Shown here: piece by piece, positions 33,726 through 43,781 of the stretch
Layout: each line of letters begins with the position of its first letter
Position numbering within the stretch: position 1 is the stretch's first letter
Assembly: GCA_005223125.1 (NCBI GenBank)
Contig: NJBH01000004.1
Location: 127,401 to 191,400 of the forward strand
Reading direction: 5' to 3'
Length of the DNA: 64,000 nt
Origin: Promethearchaeota archaeon Loki_b32
Lineage (GTDB): Archaea; Asgardarchaeota; Lokiarchaeia; Sigyniarchaeales; SOKP01
Notes under the pieces: model-generated
The model's input: the letters and a program-made list of their open reading frames with translations, nothing else
What the model was told of the DNA's origin: nothing
Database searches by the model: none
Position numbers and translations under genes: made by a program

Positions 33726-34670
33726 GTGGAATTATTTTTGGTTTTAGAAATTTATCATATAATTATTTTGATTTTTATAGGAGCTCTGGTAGGAATAAGT
33801 ATGAGTTTTGTAGGGCAAACTGGTCAAGGAGTGGTAGTTCCTCTTATTCTTTTAATTACTGGAGATGTTCTCCTGGCAATAGCAGTTAATGTTATAAATG
33901 ATTTCATTGCTGCTACTTCTGTAGCTATTAACTATGTAAGGAAAAAGCAATATTATCTCAGTAAAAACATTATAATACTAATTATAATTTCTTTAATAGC
34001 TTCCTTTTTAGGGGTTTTAATTCTGATTACCACTCCATTAAGTACCATATTTGGATGGTTCTTACCTGCCTTCATTATTCTACTAGGGTCCACAATTCTT
34101 TCTAAAGGGTTCCCTACTTCTGAGAGACTGAAGGAGATGGTTCATAAAATTTCTCAAAGATTTTTAAAATATAAAAAAGAAGATACAGGTTTAGAAAAAA
34201 TTGAGAACATGTCCGAAAATATTGACGAGAAATCGATTAAAAATGGTGATTTTATTGAAAGTATAATTGAACCTTATTCAAAATCATTCTTTCTATTAGC
34301 AATTATTATGGGAATTATTGTAGGGCTTAACTCAGGTATGTTCGGGGCAAATTCAGGCTTAATCATTACATTAGTCTTAATAATATTATATGGCTATCCA
34401 CTTAAGAAAAGTGTAGGAACGGCTTTGATCTTAAGTATTATTATGTGCATTTTTACATTTGTTACCTATCAAATATTAGGATATACCTTTAAAGGACAGT
34501 TTTATTTTGATTTGGAACTCATAATCTATCTTGGTATAGGGTCCTTCTTAACTGGTTTTATTATCTCGAATTATGTGCAAAAGCTTTCAGCTAAGGCAAT
34601 GGGAAGAGGAATGGGAGCAGCTATGATTCTATTAGGATTAATTTCGCTAATATTCTATTTTATCACTTAA
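33726..34670 (+). CDS. TauE/SafE (TSUP) family membrane protein
   Basis: Two TM halves with GQTGQG / GANSG motifs. Confidence 0.78.
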   Translation: MELFLVLEIYHIIILIFIGALVGISMSFVGQTGQGVVVPLILLITGDVLLAIAVNVINDFIAATSVAINYVRKKQYYLSKNIIILIIISLIASFLGVLILITTPLSTIFGWFLPAFIILLGSTILSKGFPTSERLKEMVHKISQRFLKYKKEDTGLEKIENMSENIDEKSIKNGDFIESIIEPYSKSFFLLAIIMGIIVGLNSGMFGANSGLIITLVLIILYGYPLKKSVGTALILSIIMCIFTFVTYQILGYTFKGQFYFDLELIIYLGIGSFLTGFIISNYVQKLSAKAMGRGMGAAMILLGLISLIFYFIT

Positions 34671-34754
34671 TAATTAAAAATGAAAAAGAATGGACAGCAG
34701 TACTGCTGTACGGAAATAAAATTAAAATTTTATAATAAAAAAAGAAATTTAGAA

Positions 34755-35195
34755 TTAAGGAGTAACTGTTATTTGCTTCTTATCGAAATCATCAGGATTT
34801 CCTCCATCTTCAAGGAATTCTGCGAAATTTTTTAACCCTTTTAATAGTAATTCAGCAGCCTTCACGAGCATTTTTTCATTCTTCTCATCATCGAACTCAC
34901 CCCATATTGTAGCATTAACCATATCTCCTTTGGGGTTTAATATATAACCCATTGAGTTAAAAACTCCACCTTCAATCCTCATAGAAATTTTATCTGGATC
35001 AACAGTTTCGGTACGAATAGATGTAAAATCTCCTACTGTAGATTTTGCTGCATATGTATTTTCTGAAATTTTGGTTAATTCATTTACCGCGAGATTCCAT
35101 TTAGGACCAAGCATAGCGTCATCTAATATATCAAAAATTCTCTTTTGAGATGCATTAATTTCAATATTTCTCTCGACACGCACCAATACTTTCAC
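34755..35195 (-). CDS. SRPBCC/START-like protein
   Basis: VERNIEINAS...IFDIL...PKWN; C-terminal LKNFAE helix. Confidence 0.75.
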   Translation of the reverse strand: MKVLVRVERNIEINASQKRIFDILDDAMLGPKWNLAVNELTKISENTYAAKSTVGDFTSIRTETVDPDKISMRIEGGVFNSMGYILNPKGDMVNATIWGEFDDEKNEKMLVKAAELLLKGLKNFAEFLEDGGNPDDFDKKQITVTP

Positions 35196-35432
35196 CTTTT
35201 ATTTTTAAATTGGATTAAAACTTGTGCATTATACAATTATAACAATCTCATTTATATACATTTGTGTGAGAAATATCATAATAAAAAATACTTATTATTT
35301 CTTACAGAAATCATCTATATTTCTACCCTTTTTCAATTTTATCTCTAGTTTGAAAATTGAAAAAAAATATAAACCATTATTAAAATTATTATGTGTAAAT
35401 TTGATTATAGCTAAAAGCTAAGGTGACTAAAA

Positions 35433-36377
35433 TTGTCTGATAAAAATGAAATCGAACTTGCTATTATTGGTGGTGGCCCTGCAGGATTGACAGCGGGAAT
35501 TTATGGCGGAAGAATGGGTTTAAAGACTACTCTCTATGAAGGTGAAGCTTTTGGAGGTCTAGCTGGGAAAGCTCCTAAAATCGAAAACTATCCAGGATTC
35601 GGGAGTATCGGTGGTCTTGAATTAACAGAAAAAATGAGGGAACAAGCTGAAAATTGTGGAGTTTCTTTTATTTATGGTAAAGTCTCTGGGATCAATCCAA
35701 ATGAAATGACCGTTACATCATATGAAGGTGAATTAAAAGCAAAAGCTATTATAATTGCTACTGGTTCGAAGCATCAAACACTTGGATTACCTAATGAGTT
35801 CGAATTAGCAGGTAATGGAATTTCTTACTGTGCTACTTGTGATGGTCCTCTATTTAGAGATCAAGTAGTTGCTACGGTTGGTGGTGGTAATGCAGCGGGT
35901 CTAGAAGCGATTTATCTTTCAGGTGTAGCAAGTAAAGTTTATCTGATTCATAGACGTCACTGTATGCGGGCAGAAAAAGCAATTGCAGATGAAGTTATGA
36001 CGTTAGATAATGTTACAACAATGTTTAATTGTACTATTGAAGAAGCTATAACAGAAGATAATAAATTAGGGACGATAAAAATCAAAAATCATGAAACGGG
36101 GGAAGTGACTGAAATAAATACAAAAGCGCTCTTCATTGCAATAGGAGTTGAGCCACAGAGTGAATTAGCAAAAAAAGCAGGCATAGAAACTGATGAATAT
36201 AATTTTATTAAAGTTAATAGCAAGAAAGAAACCAATCTCCCGGGTATTTATGCTGCTGGAGATGTAACTGGGGGAATACGACAAATAACTACGGCAGTTG
36301 GGGAAGCAACAACTGCAACAATGAATGCATATCTATTTATTAAAAAAGGATGGTATGGAGAAGGAGAAAAAAAGTAA
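35433..36377 (+). CDS. trxB: thioredoxin reductase
   Basis: GGGPAG, ISYCATCDG, GGGNAA, IHRR, AAGDV. Confidence 0.95.
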   Translation: MSDKNEIELAIIGGGPAGLTAGIYGGRMGLKTTLYEGEAFGGLAGKAPKIENYPGFGSIGGLELTEKMREQAENCGVSFIYGKVSGINPNEMTVTSYEGELKAKAIIIATGSKHQTLGLPNEFELAGNGISYCATCDGPLFRDQVVATVGGGNAAGLEAIYLSGVASKVYLIHRRHCMRAEKAIADEVMTLDNVTTMFNCTIEEAITEDNKLGTIKIKNHETGEVTEINTKALFIAIGVEPQSELAKKAGIETDEYNFIKVNSKKETNLPGIYAAGDVTGGIRQITTAVGEATTATMNAYLFIKKGWYGEGEKK

Positions 36378-36501
36378 ACTTATTCTTGATTTATATTTGA
36401 TAATTGCGCAAAGACTGTAACTTATATTTATGATAATCACCTAAGAAATAATAATAGATAAAATCAATCAATACTTATTTTAATACTTATAATTTATCAT
36501 T

Positions 36502-37461
36502 TTGAAGTCGAATTATATGGATGAATTTAAATGTGAAGTACTAATTATTGGTAGTGGTCCAGCAGGATTAAGTGCTGGTATTTTTTGTGCCCGTGTAAAC
36601 AGAGATGTAATAATTCTTGATGGTAAAGAGTTGTCAGCTCTAGAGAAGTTAAAAGAAATTCAAAATTGGCCAGGAGAAATTGATATTAAGGGAAAGCATT
36701 TATTAAAAAAATTTAGAGATCACGTTGAAAGTTATTCAGAAAATGTCAGAATTATTAAAGGTGATGTTATATCACTAATGCTTGGGATGGGAGTGAATAT
36801 GATTTCGACAAGAACGGCAACTATAACCGCTGATGTTGTTATTATAGCAATAGGAAGAGGGAATCGAAAGGAAATTATTAAAGGAGAAGAATCTTTACTC
36901 GGATTTGGTGTTTCCTATTGTCCATTACGTGATCACCCACTTTATAAAGATAAAGTTGTGTATATGTATGGCAAGGATGAAGAAATGCTAGAAGAAGCAT
37001 TAATTCTTAAAGAATCGGGTTGTATTGTAAATGTAATCACTGATGTTGGAATTGAAGAGTTACCTGAAAAAGTCAATGAAGTAAAACAGGCGGATATTGA
37101 GGTTATTGAGAACATGGAAGTTATAGAAGCCGTTGCTAATGATGAGGGTATAATTCAGAAAATAATATGTAAATCTACAAAGCCAGGATCTGTAGAGAAT
37201 GAGGAGATCACGGAGTTTGAGTTGAATTGTTTGTTCATCTTATCACATATCTCATCAAATTCTATTTTTAAGAAGGCAGGGATTGAATTAGATGATAAAG
37301 GAAATATTTTTGTTGATGAAGAACAAAAAACCAATCTTAATGGAGTGTATGCTGCTGGAGATTGCACTGGGGGTCTTTTTCAGGTAGTTTTCGCCACTGC
37401 AGAAGGAGCACGAGCAGGATTAAGTGCTTGTAAATACCTTCGACAATTAAAAAAGGAATGA
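36502..37461 (+). CDS. thioredoxin-reductase-like flavoprotein with degenerate active site
   Basis: GSGPAG and AAGDCTG retained; VSYCPLRD replaces CxxCD. Confidence 0.85.
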   Translation: MKSNYMDEFKCEVLIIGSGPAGLSAGIFCARVNRDVIILDGKELSALEKLKEIQNWPGEIDIKGKHLLKKFRDHVESYSENVRIIKGDVISLMLGMGVNMISTRTATITADVVIIAIGRGNRKEIIKGEESLLGFGVSYCPLRDHPLYKDKVVYMYGKDEEMLEEALILKESGCIVNVITDVGIEELPEKVNEVKQADIEVIENMEVIEAVANDEGIIQKIICKSTKPGSVENEEITEFELNCLFILSHISSNSIFKKAGIELDDKGNIFVDEEQKTNLNGVYAAGDCTGGLFQVVFATAEGARAGLSACKYLRQLKKE

Positions 37462-37521
37462 AGCAAATATTATGTCAATATTATATCATAATATGTATTA
37501 TCACGATAATTTCCATATAAT

Positions 37522-38445
37522 ATGGAAAACTATAAAATTTCTGATTTTATAGAAGATTTCTTAATCGCGAAAAACGTAGAGGAAGGCTGCGCATCTTCAA
37601 CGATTAAAGCATATAGATATGATCTTCAGAAATTCATTGAACTTGTCGGAGATCTTCAAATTAATTCCCCTTTACTACGCCAAAAAATACGATTATTCTT
37701 GAAAAAATTAAATGAAATAAACTATACAAAAAAAGGGATTGGTAGGAAAATTGCCTCATTACGTTCTTTCTTTAAGTTTTTAGAATTAGATGAATTCCTG
37801 TCTAAAAACCCTATGCGTACAATTAAAACACCTAAAATTAAACTTGAAGAGAGCTTACCTAAGTTTTTAAGAATTTCTGATATGGAGGAGATTTTCTATA
37901 AGCTAAGAGACCGACGATTATTCAATTCTCGGAAAAGTGAACGATATTATTTGATTGTTAGACTATTATATTCAACAATGGCTAGAGTAAGTGAGTTATG
38001 CAACATAAAAATTAGTGATATTGATTTCGAAAGAGGCTATATTCGGCTACGGGGGAAAGGGAATAAAGAAAGAATAGTACCTGTTGATCAAAAAACCTTA
38101 GATATCTTTAATGAATTTCTAAGAAATAGAATAAAATATGATTCTGAAGATTATTTATTAGTCAATACCAGAAACCAAAAATTAACACCACGTGTTGTAC
38201 AAACAGATATTAAAACAATTAAAGAAAAATGTGGATTTTCTGGTTCTAAAATAATCACACCTCATGTTTTTAGGCATACGGGAGCAACTCATTTAAGACG
38301 TTCCGGAATGGATATTAGTGAATTACAAGATATTTTAGGTCATTCAAGTCCAAACACAACTCGAATTTATGCTAAAAATGATATAACTAAGTTAAAGGAA
38401 TCCTATACAATGATGCATCCACTCAACCATATTGATAGAAGTTAA
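37522..38445 (+). CDS. xerA: XerA/XerC-like tyrosine recombinase
   Basis: ARVSEL, GKGNKER, HVFRH, LGH, TRIY catalytic residues. Confidence 0.88.
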   Translation: MENYKISDFIEDFLIAKNVEEGCASSTIKAYRYDLQKFIELVGDLQINSPLLRQKIRLFLKKLNEINYTKKGIGRKIASLRSFFKFLELDEFLSKNPMRTIKTPKIKLEESLPKFLRISDMEEIFYKLRDRRLFNSRKSERYYLIVRLLYSTMARVSELCNIKISDIDFERGYIRLRGKGNKERIVPVDQKTLDIFNEFLRNRIKYDSEDYLLVNTRNQKLTPRVVQTDIKTIKEKCGFSGSKIITPHVFRHTGATHLRRSGMDISELQDILGHSSPNTTRIYAKNDITKLKESYTMMHPLNHIDRS

Positions 38446-38530
38446 TATTTTATCTTAATCCCTTAATTCATAAAACTCTTATTGTTAATTCAAAGTTTCT
38501 AATTGCAATAAGTAAAAGTGCTAGTAAATT

Positions 38531-39871
38531 TTACTTATGAATAAGAGTAGCTACTGTTTTCATTCCTTCAATCCAATCATCAACATATATATTCTCATTA
38601 GGTGCGTGAGCATTAGATTGAGAATGACTTGTACCAATGGAAATACAAGGAACTCCTGGAAATAAACACATGGGTCCGCTTCCGCCTGCTAAAGGCCAAA
38701 CTACTGGATCATGCCCAGAAACTTCCAATACTGTTCGAATTACAGCTTGAGCAACAGGATTTGTTGGTAAAGTTTTTACTGCTTCATATCCATCCCATTC
38801 TGTTATTTCGATGTGAGAGAAACCATTATCATCCCAGAACTTACGAATCTTTTCAACTAAATCTTTAGCGTTTTGACCAGGAACTAGTCGACAATCAACT
38901 TTAGCAAAAGCTTCATGGGGAACTATTGTTTTACTACCAGGACCTTGATATCCACTCCAGAGCCCACAGATATTTATTGTGGGATCTAGGAAAAATTTCC
39001 TTTTTAATTCTACACCACTTAAACCTAAACGGATTTTATCAATCCCAAATATTTTCTTCAGTTCTTCTTCTTTAAGGTTGAAATTATCTATAATTAGAAG
39101 TTCTTCTTCAGTTGGGTCAAGGATATTATCATAGAATCCAGGTACAAGTATTTTATCGTTTCGGTTTTTTAAAGCTGCAAGAGCCCATGCTAGTTCAAAA
39201 GCTCCATTATCTACAAATTGTGTATAACCAGAATGAACATCTCTTCCAATAGTATCCGTTTTCAGTTGTAAGTAGAGGCAGCCTTTTACACCCAAATAGA
39301 TATTCTGTATACCTTCAGTATCTTTACCACCAAATTCCCAGATGCACAAATCGGTTCCTAGCGCAAATTCTTTATTGTTCTCTACAAAATAACCAAGGTT
39401 TAGGCTTCCTATTTCTTCTTCACCTTCCAAAATGAATTTAATATTAACAGGAATTTTTCCAAATACTTCTCCATAGGCTTTTATTGCTTGTAATCTACAG
39501 ATAATCTCTCCCTTATTATCTGCAACCCCTCTAGCAAATATTTTTCCATTCCTTATAGTAGGTTCAAAAGGTGGCGATTCCCACAGTTCAATATTTACTG
39601 GTTGAACATCGTAGTGGTCGTAGAATGTTATAGTTTTATCTGAACCTGTATTTAACTCTGCGGTAAATACTGCAAAACCATTAGTTTCGAAAATTGAACA
39701 ATCAAATCCCGCTTCTCCAAAGATACGTTCAAGAAAATTTATTGAAGCCTTTTCTCCTAGATTTTGAGCAGCAATACTTGGAATTTTAAGAAACTCAAAC
39801 AATAAATCAATTGACTCTTTTTTATTTTTTAGTAGAACAGAGTAAACTTCCTTCAATGACATATTTATCAC
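38531..39871 (-). CDS. M20 family peptidase/deacylase
   Basis: HYDVQP, RGVADNKG, EGEEEIGS, AHAPNE; likely start ATG 39862. Confidence 0.92.
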   Translation of the reverse strand: MINMSLKEVYSVLLKNKKESIDLLFEFLKIPSIAAQNLGEKASINFLERIFGEAGFDCSIFETNGFAVFTAELNTGSDKTITFYDHYDVQPVNIELWESPPFEPTIRNGKIFARGVADNKGEIICRLQAIKAYGEVFGKIPVNIKFILEGEEEIGSLNLGYFVENNKEFALGTDLCIWEFGGKDTEGIQNIYLGVKGCLYLQLKTDTIGRDVHSGYTQFVDNGAFELAWALAALKNRNDKILVPGFYDNILDPTEEELLIIDNFNLKEEELKKIFGIDKIRLGLSGVELKRKFFLDPTINICGLWSGYQGPGSKTIVPHEAFAKVDCRLVPGQNAKDLVEKIRKFWDDNGFSHIEITEWDGYEAVKTLPTNPVAQAVIRTVLEVSGHDPVVWPLAGGSGPMCLFPGVPCISIGTSHSQSNAHAPNENIYVDDWIEGMKTVATLIHK

Positions 39872-40064
39872 CTATATCATTTCTTGAAGAGCTAATAATA
39901 TTTTAATTTTGAGTAAAATAGATAAAATGTGAATGATAATCTTAATCCTTTAATTAATAAAATTTTTATTGTTAAATCATTGGTGATAAGTATAAGAAGA
40001 TTTATACTTTAACTGTACTATTATTATTTATACATCAAAACTATTTGGGTTTACATGAGTTACC

Positions 40065-41258
40065 ATGGACGAGGATGAATTCAGAAAGCAATTTATGAAA
40101 AAGTCGGTTTTTAGACAAGCGAGTTCTCTTGATTTAAGTTATGTACCAGAAAAATTATTTTGTCGCGATGAAGCTTTAAAAACACTGATATTTAATTATA
40201 GGAGAATTATGGAGGAAAAAGAACAACCTTCTGTTAATTGCTTGATCTTAGGGAAAGGAGGAGTTGGAAAAACATGTACTGCGCGCTATTTTGGAAAAAA
40301 CTTTAGAACTATAGCAATTGAAAAGGATGTCAAATTATTTTTAGAATATTTTAATTGCATCAATTTTCGTTCCAAAAGTAAGATAATCAGAGAGCTCCTC
40401 GCTAAATATCAGCATGGCAGCGGACGTGGGTTCAGTGACGATGAGGCTTTAAAGCTAATTCTCTCGCAATTGATTCGGGAAAAAGGATATATGTTATTAA
40501 TTATTGATGAGATTCATCTTCTCAAACCAGATGAAGTACTTGCACTTTTGGACATTGCTGAAACATTTGGTCATCAAAATGCGAAATTGTCATTATTATT
40601 AATTTCCAGAAGTAAAGATTGGATGACAATTGAGAATGAGAGAATACTTAGTAGATTAAATGAAAAAATTCGACTTAAGCCTTATGATTTTGATGAATCA
40701 AAGCAAATCTTGAAATATCGAAGTGAAATAGCGTTAAAAGAAAATGTTATCGATGAAGAACTTTTAATAATGGTTTCACAAATCGTAGTTGATCATAATA
40801 ATATGAGACATGGGATTGAAATTTTACGTAAAAGTGGATCTTATTGTGATAAGGAAGGTCTCGATCGCATAATTGCTGATATTATTAGAGAGGCTTCTAA
40901 TGATGTATATCCTACATTTAGAAATGATATTGTTGATGAATTAAAAGATCAAGAACTCTTAGCTTTATACGGTATTGTACAATCACTAATTAATAAAGAT
41001 GAACCATTCACGTTAGTTGATGATGCATTTGAAGATTATAATGTAATTTGTGAGAACTATTCTATAGAACCACATGTGAAAATGAGTTTTAGAAAGTATG
41101 TTCGCCAACTTACTCAATTAAAAATTGTTACATCTAAAACAGTAAGAATAGAGGAAGCTACACGTGGAAGACACCTAGAGATTACCCTGCTAGACATCCC
41201 TGTAATAAAATTAGCAGAATTATTAGAGGATATTTTGGAGAGAAAATTTAGGAGTTAA
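40065..41258 (+). CDS. cdc6: Orc1/Cdc6 replication initiator family protein
   Basis: YVPEKLFCR, GKGGVGKT, IIDE, C-terminal wHTH ending RGR. Confidence 0.92.
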   Translation: MDEDEFRKQFMKKSVFRQASSLDLSYVPEKLFCRDEALKTLIFNYRRIMEEKEQPSVNCLILGKGGVGKTCTARYFGKNFRTIAIEKDVKLFLEYFNCINFRSKSKIIRELLAKYQHGSGRGFSDDEALKLILSQLIREKGYMLLIIDEIHLLKPDEVLALLDIAETFGHQNAKLSLLLISRSKDWMTIENERILSRLNEKIRLKPYDFDESKQILKYRSEIALKENVIDEELLIMVSQIVVDHNNMRHGIEILRKSGSYCDKEGLDRIIADIIREASNDVYPTFRNDIVDELKDQELLALYGIVQSLINKDEPFTLVDDAFEDYNVICENYSIEPHVKMSFRKYVRQLTQLKIVTSKTVRIEEATRGRHLEITLLDIPVIKLAELLEDILERKFRS

Positions 41259-41342
41259 TTCAAAAATTAAAATTTTTAATCAAAACGACTCTTTTTTAAC
41301 TAATTTCTAAATAGAATTCACTTATTAACCATTAGCTATAAG

Positions 41343-41573
41343 TTAAAAAGATTCTTTGTCTTTTTTGCTGGAAGAATACCACTCTAACCATTCTTTACGT
41401 CGATTTTTCTTTTGTTGCAAATCATCATCCTCTGTTAAATTTTCACTTCTTACTTTTTTCCAATATCTATCCAATTCATGTCTTGTAAGCGAAAGTCCAC
41501 AAGATTGGCAAACAATTTGTTTTATGGCTGAATGGTATTTCATAAAGCCTCCGCATTCCGGACAGCGAGCCAT
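41343..41573 (-). CDS. small zinc-ribbon protein
   Basis: CPECGG...CQSCG. Confidence 0.75.
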   Translation of the reverse strand: MARCPECGGFMKYHSAIKQIVCQSCGLSLTRHELDRYWKKVRSENLTEDDDLQQKKNRRKEWLEWYSSSKKDKESF

Positions 41574-41714
41574 TATAATACCTAATTATTAAGAGTCATT
41601 TTTGTTATTATTTATTATATTAATAGAATTAATTAGTGTTAAAATATTTTTGGACTTAAATTATAAACTCTAATTATTTACTTGAATTAAACAGAACTTT
41701 TATTTTTAAGAGAA

Positions 41715-42950
41715 ATGACGTCAAACGTGTTTTATTTTACGGCTCGAACTCACTCTCATGAGCAGAGTATGAGCAAGATTAAGGGCCCTTTAGCACTAGA
41801 GAAGCTTGGAATTGAGCAAAAAATTAAAAGTGGGGATAAAATAGTAATTAAAACACATTTTGGAGCATTGGAGAACACTAGGTACCTCCGTCCAAGCTAT
41901 CTGCGATTTTTATGCGATTATGTCAAAAATTTAGGTGGCACTCCTTATGTGGCAGAATCATGTGGATGGGGCGTTCCAGAAAGCATCTCTGGGGCTCACA
42001 CAGAATATAGTGGTAGAGCAACAGAAACTGAATATTTGAAAATTGCCTTATTGCATGGTTTTACTAAAGAAACTATGGGTGCTCCAATTTTAATGTTAGA
42101 TGGTGAAGATGGGACAGATATTGAAATACAAAAAATTACTGGAAAACGATTTGATAAAGTTTTAGTCGCAGGTCGTTTAAGAGAATTTGATTGTATGATA
42201 GTAGCATCTCATTTTAAAGGACATGCTGGAGCAGGGTTCGGAGGAGCAATTAAACACCTTGGAATCGGCGGGGTTTCGAAAGGTGGAAAAGTAGAGGCTC
42301 ACACAGGGAAAACCTTTGATATAAATTTTAATTCTTGTGATCCAGATTGCGAGAATTGTGTAAAGATATGTCCTACAAATGCTTTAACTAAAGATAAAAA
42401 CAATAAATTAAGTTTTAACGTAGATAAATGTAAATATTGCTATATGTGTGCTTCTGTATGCAGTGATAAGGTGTTCAATCTTGGTAATTCTTCACGTGAG
42501 GACTTTATTACTCAGTTTACTGATAATGCTAAGGGAGTAGTTGATTATTTCGGAAAAGATAAAATTTTTTATGTTAATTATGCTATAGATATATGTTACC
42601 AATGTGACTGTACTGGAGGTTCAGATATCCCGTTTGTTCCAGATATTGGAGTTCTAGCTTCATTGGATCCTGTTGCTTTAGATCAAGCGACTGTCGATCT
42701 TGTACATAAATCTTCAATTAGTCCTCATTCAATTCTTTCAGAAGTTAATAACATTCCAACACAAGGTCCTTTTGAATGGCTTTCACATACTCCTCGGTTT
42801 AATCCTGAATCAGGTGAGATGGATATGAATCAAGACGGAAAAGAATCAAGACATTGGGAATTACAATTAAAACTAGCTGAGGAAATAGGTTTAGGAACTA
42901 GAGATTATAATTTAATAAAAGTAGTAATCGAGAAAAAAGAAAAGAATTAA
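41715..42950 (+). CDS. DUF362 family Fe-S protein
   Basis: KTHFG, SHFKGH..AGFGGAIK, two 4Fe-4S motifs, CDC, DPVALD. Confidence 0.88.
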   Translation: MTSNVFYFTARTHSHEQSMSKIKGPLALEKLGIEQKIKSGDKIVIKTHFGALENTRYLRPSYLRFLCDYVKNLGGTPYVAESCGWGVPESISGAHTEYSGRATETEYLKIALLHGFTKETMGAPILMLDGEDGTDIEIQKITGKRFDKVLVAGRLREFDCMIVASHFKGHAGAGFGGAIKHLGIGGVSKGGKVEAHTGKTFDINFNSCDPDCENCVKICPTNALTKDKNNKLSFNVDKCKYCYMCASVCSDKVFNLGNSSREDFITQFTDNAKGVVDYFGKDKIFYVNYAIDICYQCDCTGGSDIPFVPDIGVLASLDPVALDQATVDLVHKSSISPHSILSEVNNIPTQGPFEWLSHTPRFNPESGEMDMNQDGKESRHWELQLKLAEEIGLGTRDYNLIKVVIEKKEKN

Positions 42951-42998
42951 TTTTAATTTATTAGATTTCTAAACTCTAGTCTCTAAATATCGATTCTT

Positions 42999-43460
42999 TT
43001 AAAGAAAAGAATTCCATGCGTTAACGACATCCTCTCCCTTAACTTTATACTTTTTTTCAAGTTTTTTTAAGTTAAGATGAGGTACAATTCCATCATCCCA
43101 TTGAGCATTAAAGCTTTTAATAATTGTCCTTACGTGATCTTCGTTATTTGTGTAAATATCGATTTTACATACATGATTATCTTCACTATACGCGAAATAT
43201 CCCGAAATTTTATCATTTACTTCAACATATAGATTTATTTGAGGTGCCAAATAATAATAATTAGAACTTCTTGCATGTGCAGATTCACTCGTAGTGGTTG
43301 ATGGATCAACACTCTTCATTCAATCTTCTACTATATATGCAAAGTCAGGTTTAATTTTTGAAAACTTCGTTTTAATTTTTCTTGGTTATCCGTAAAATGT
43401 ATATTGTGGCTGATTAGTCAACCCTAATTGCTTGGCTTGACTTTGAACTTGTTTTCCCAT
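42999..43460 (-). pseudogene. hypothetical protein with two in-frame stops
   Basis: ATG 43460 in frame with ORF 42999-43319; TAA at 43386-43388 and TGA at 43320-43322. Confidence 0.5.
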
Positions 43461-43542
43461 TATTCTCACTTTTTTATTAGTTTATTAATTAAACGTTAGA
43501 TTTCTTTGCATAATCACTAAGACATGATAATATATAACATTA

Positions 43543-43767
43543 TTTCATGATGAATCTGCGCACCAAACCGATATAAATAAGTTTTTGTGGAAGGTTGAAC
43601 TTTAAACCGCAAGAAATAGCTTGCGTGAAAGTTTGTATTACCAATTAAAAGAAGCTTTAACCATGGGTATTATCTCTCAGAAAGCGATTATATTAATTGA
43701 TTTCACAGAACATGCATATTATGGAAAATGGGACGATAAGATGATTAAAGTTGAAAAGAAAAATTAA
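43543..43767 (+). mobile_element. ISH3-like transposase remnant
   Basis: HQTDINKFLWKVEL*TARNSLRESLYYQLKEALTMGIISQKAIILIDFTEHAYYGK; the ID....YYG motif matches the first DDE aspartate region. Confidence 0.6.
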
Positions 43768-43781
43768 ATGTTATAATTATT

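Noticed and set aside
39872-40064. Replication origin next to cdc6
   Set aside because: AT-rich, but I could not find ORB repeats on either side of the gene
41967-42001. BHB-like fold in the DUF362 gene (TGGG GCG TTCCAGA...TCTGGGG CTCA CAC) with the same TGGG/CTCA helix
   Set aside because: The ORF is intact unspliced and excision would remove 28 nt, causing a frameshift. It shows such folds can arise by chance, so frame and motif restoration was required for the two accepted introns.
43320-43322. TGA as selenocysteine
   Set aside because: No redox motif context, no SECIS recognised, and a second TAA lies in the same frame
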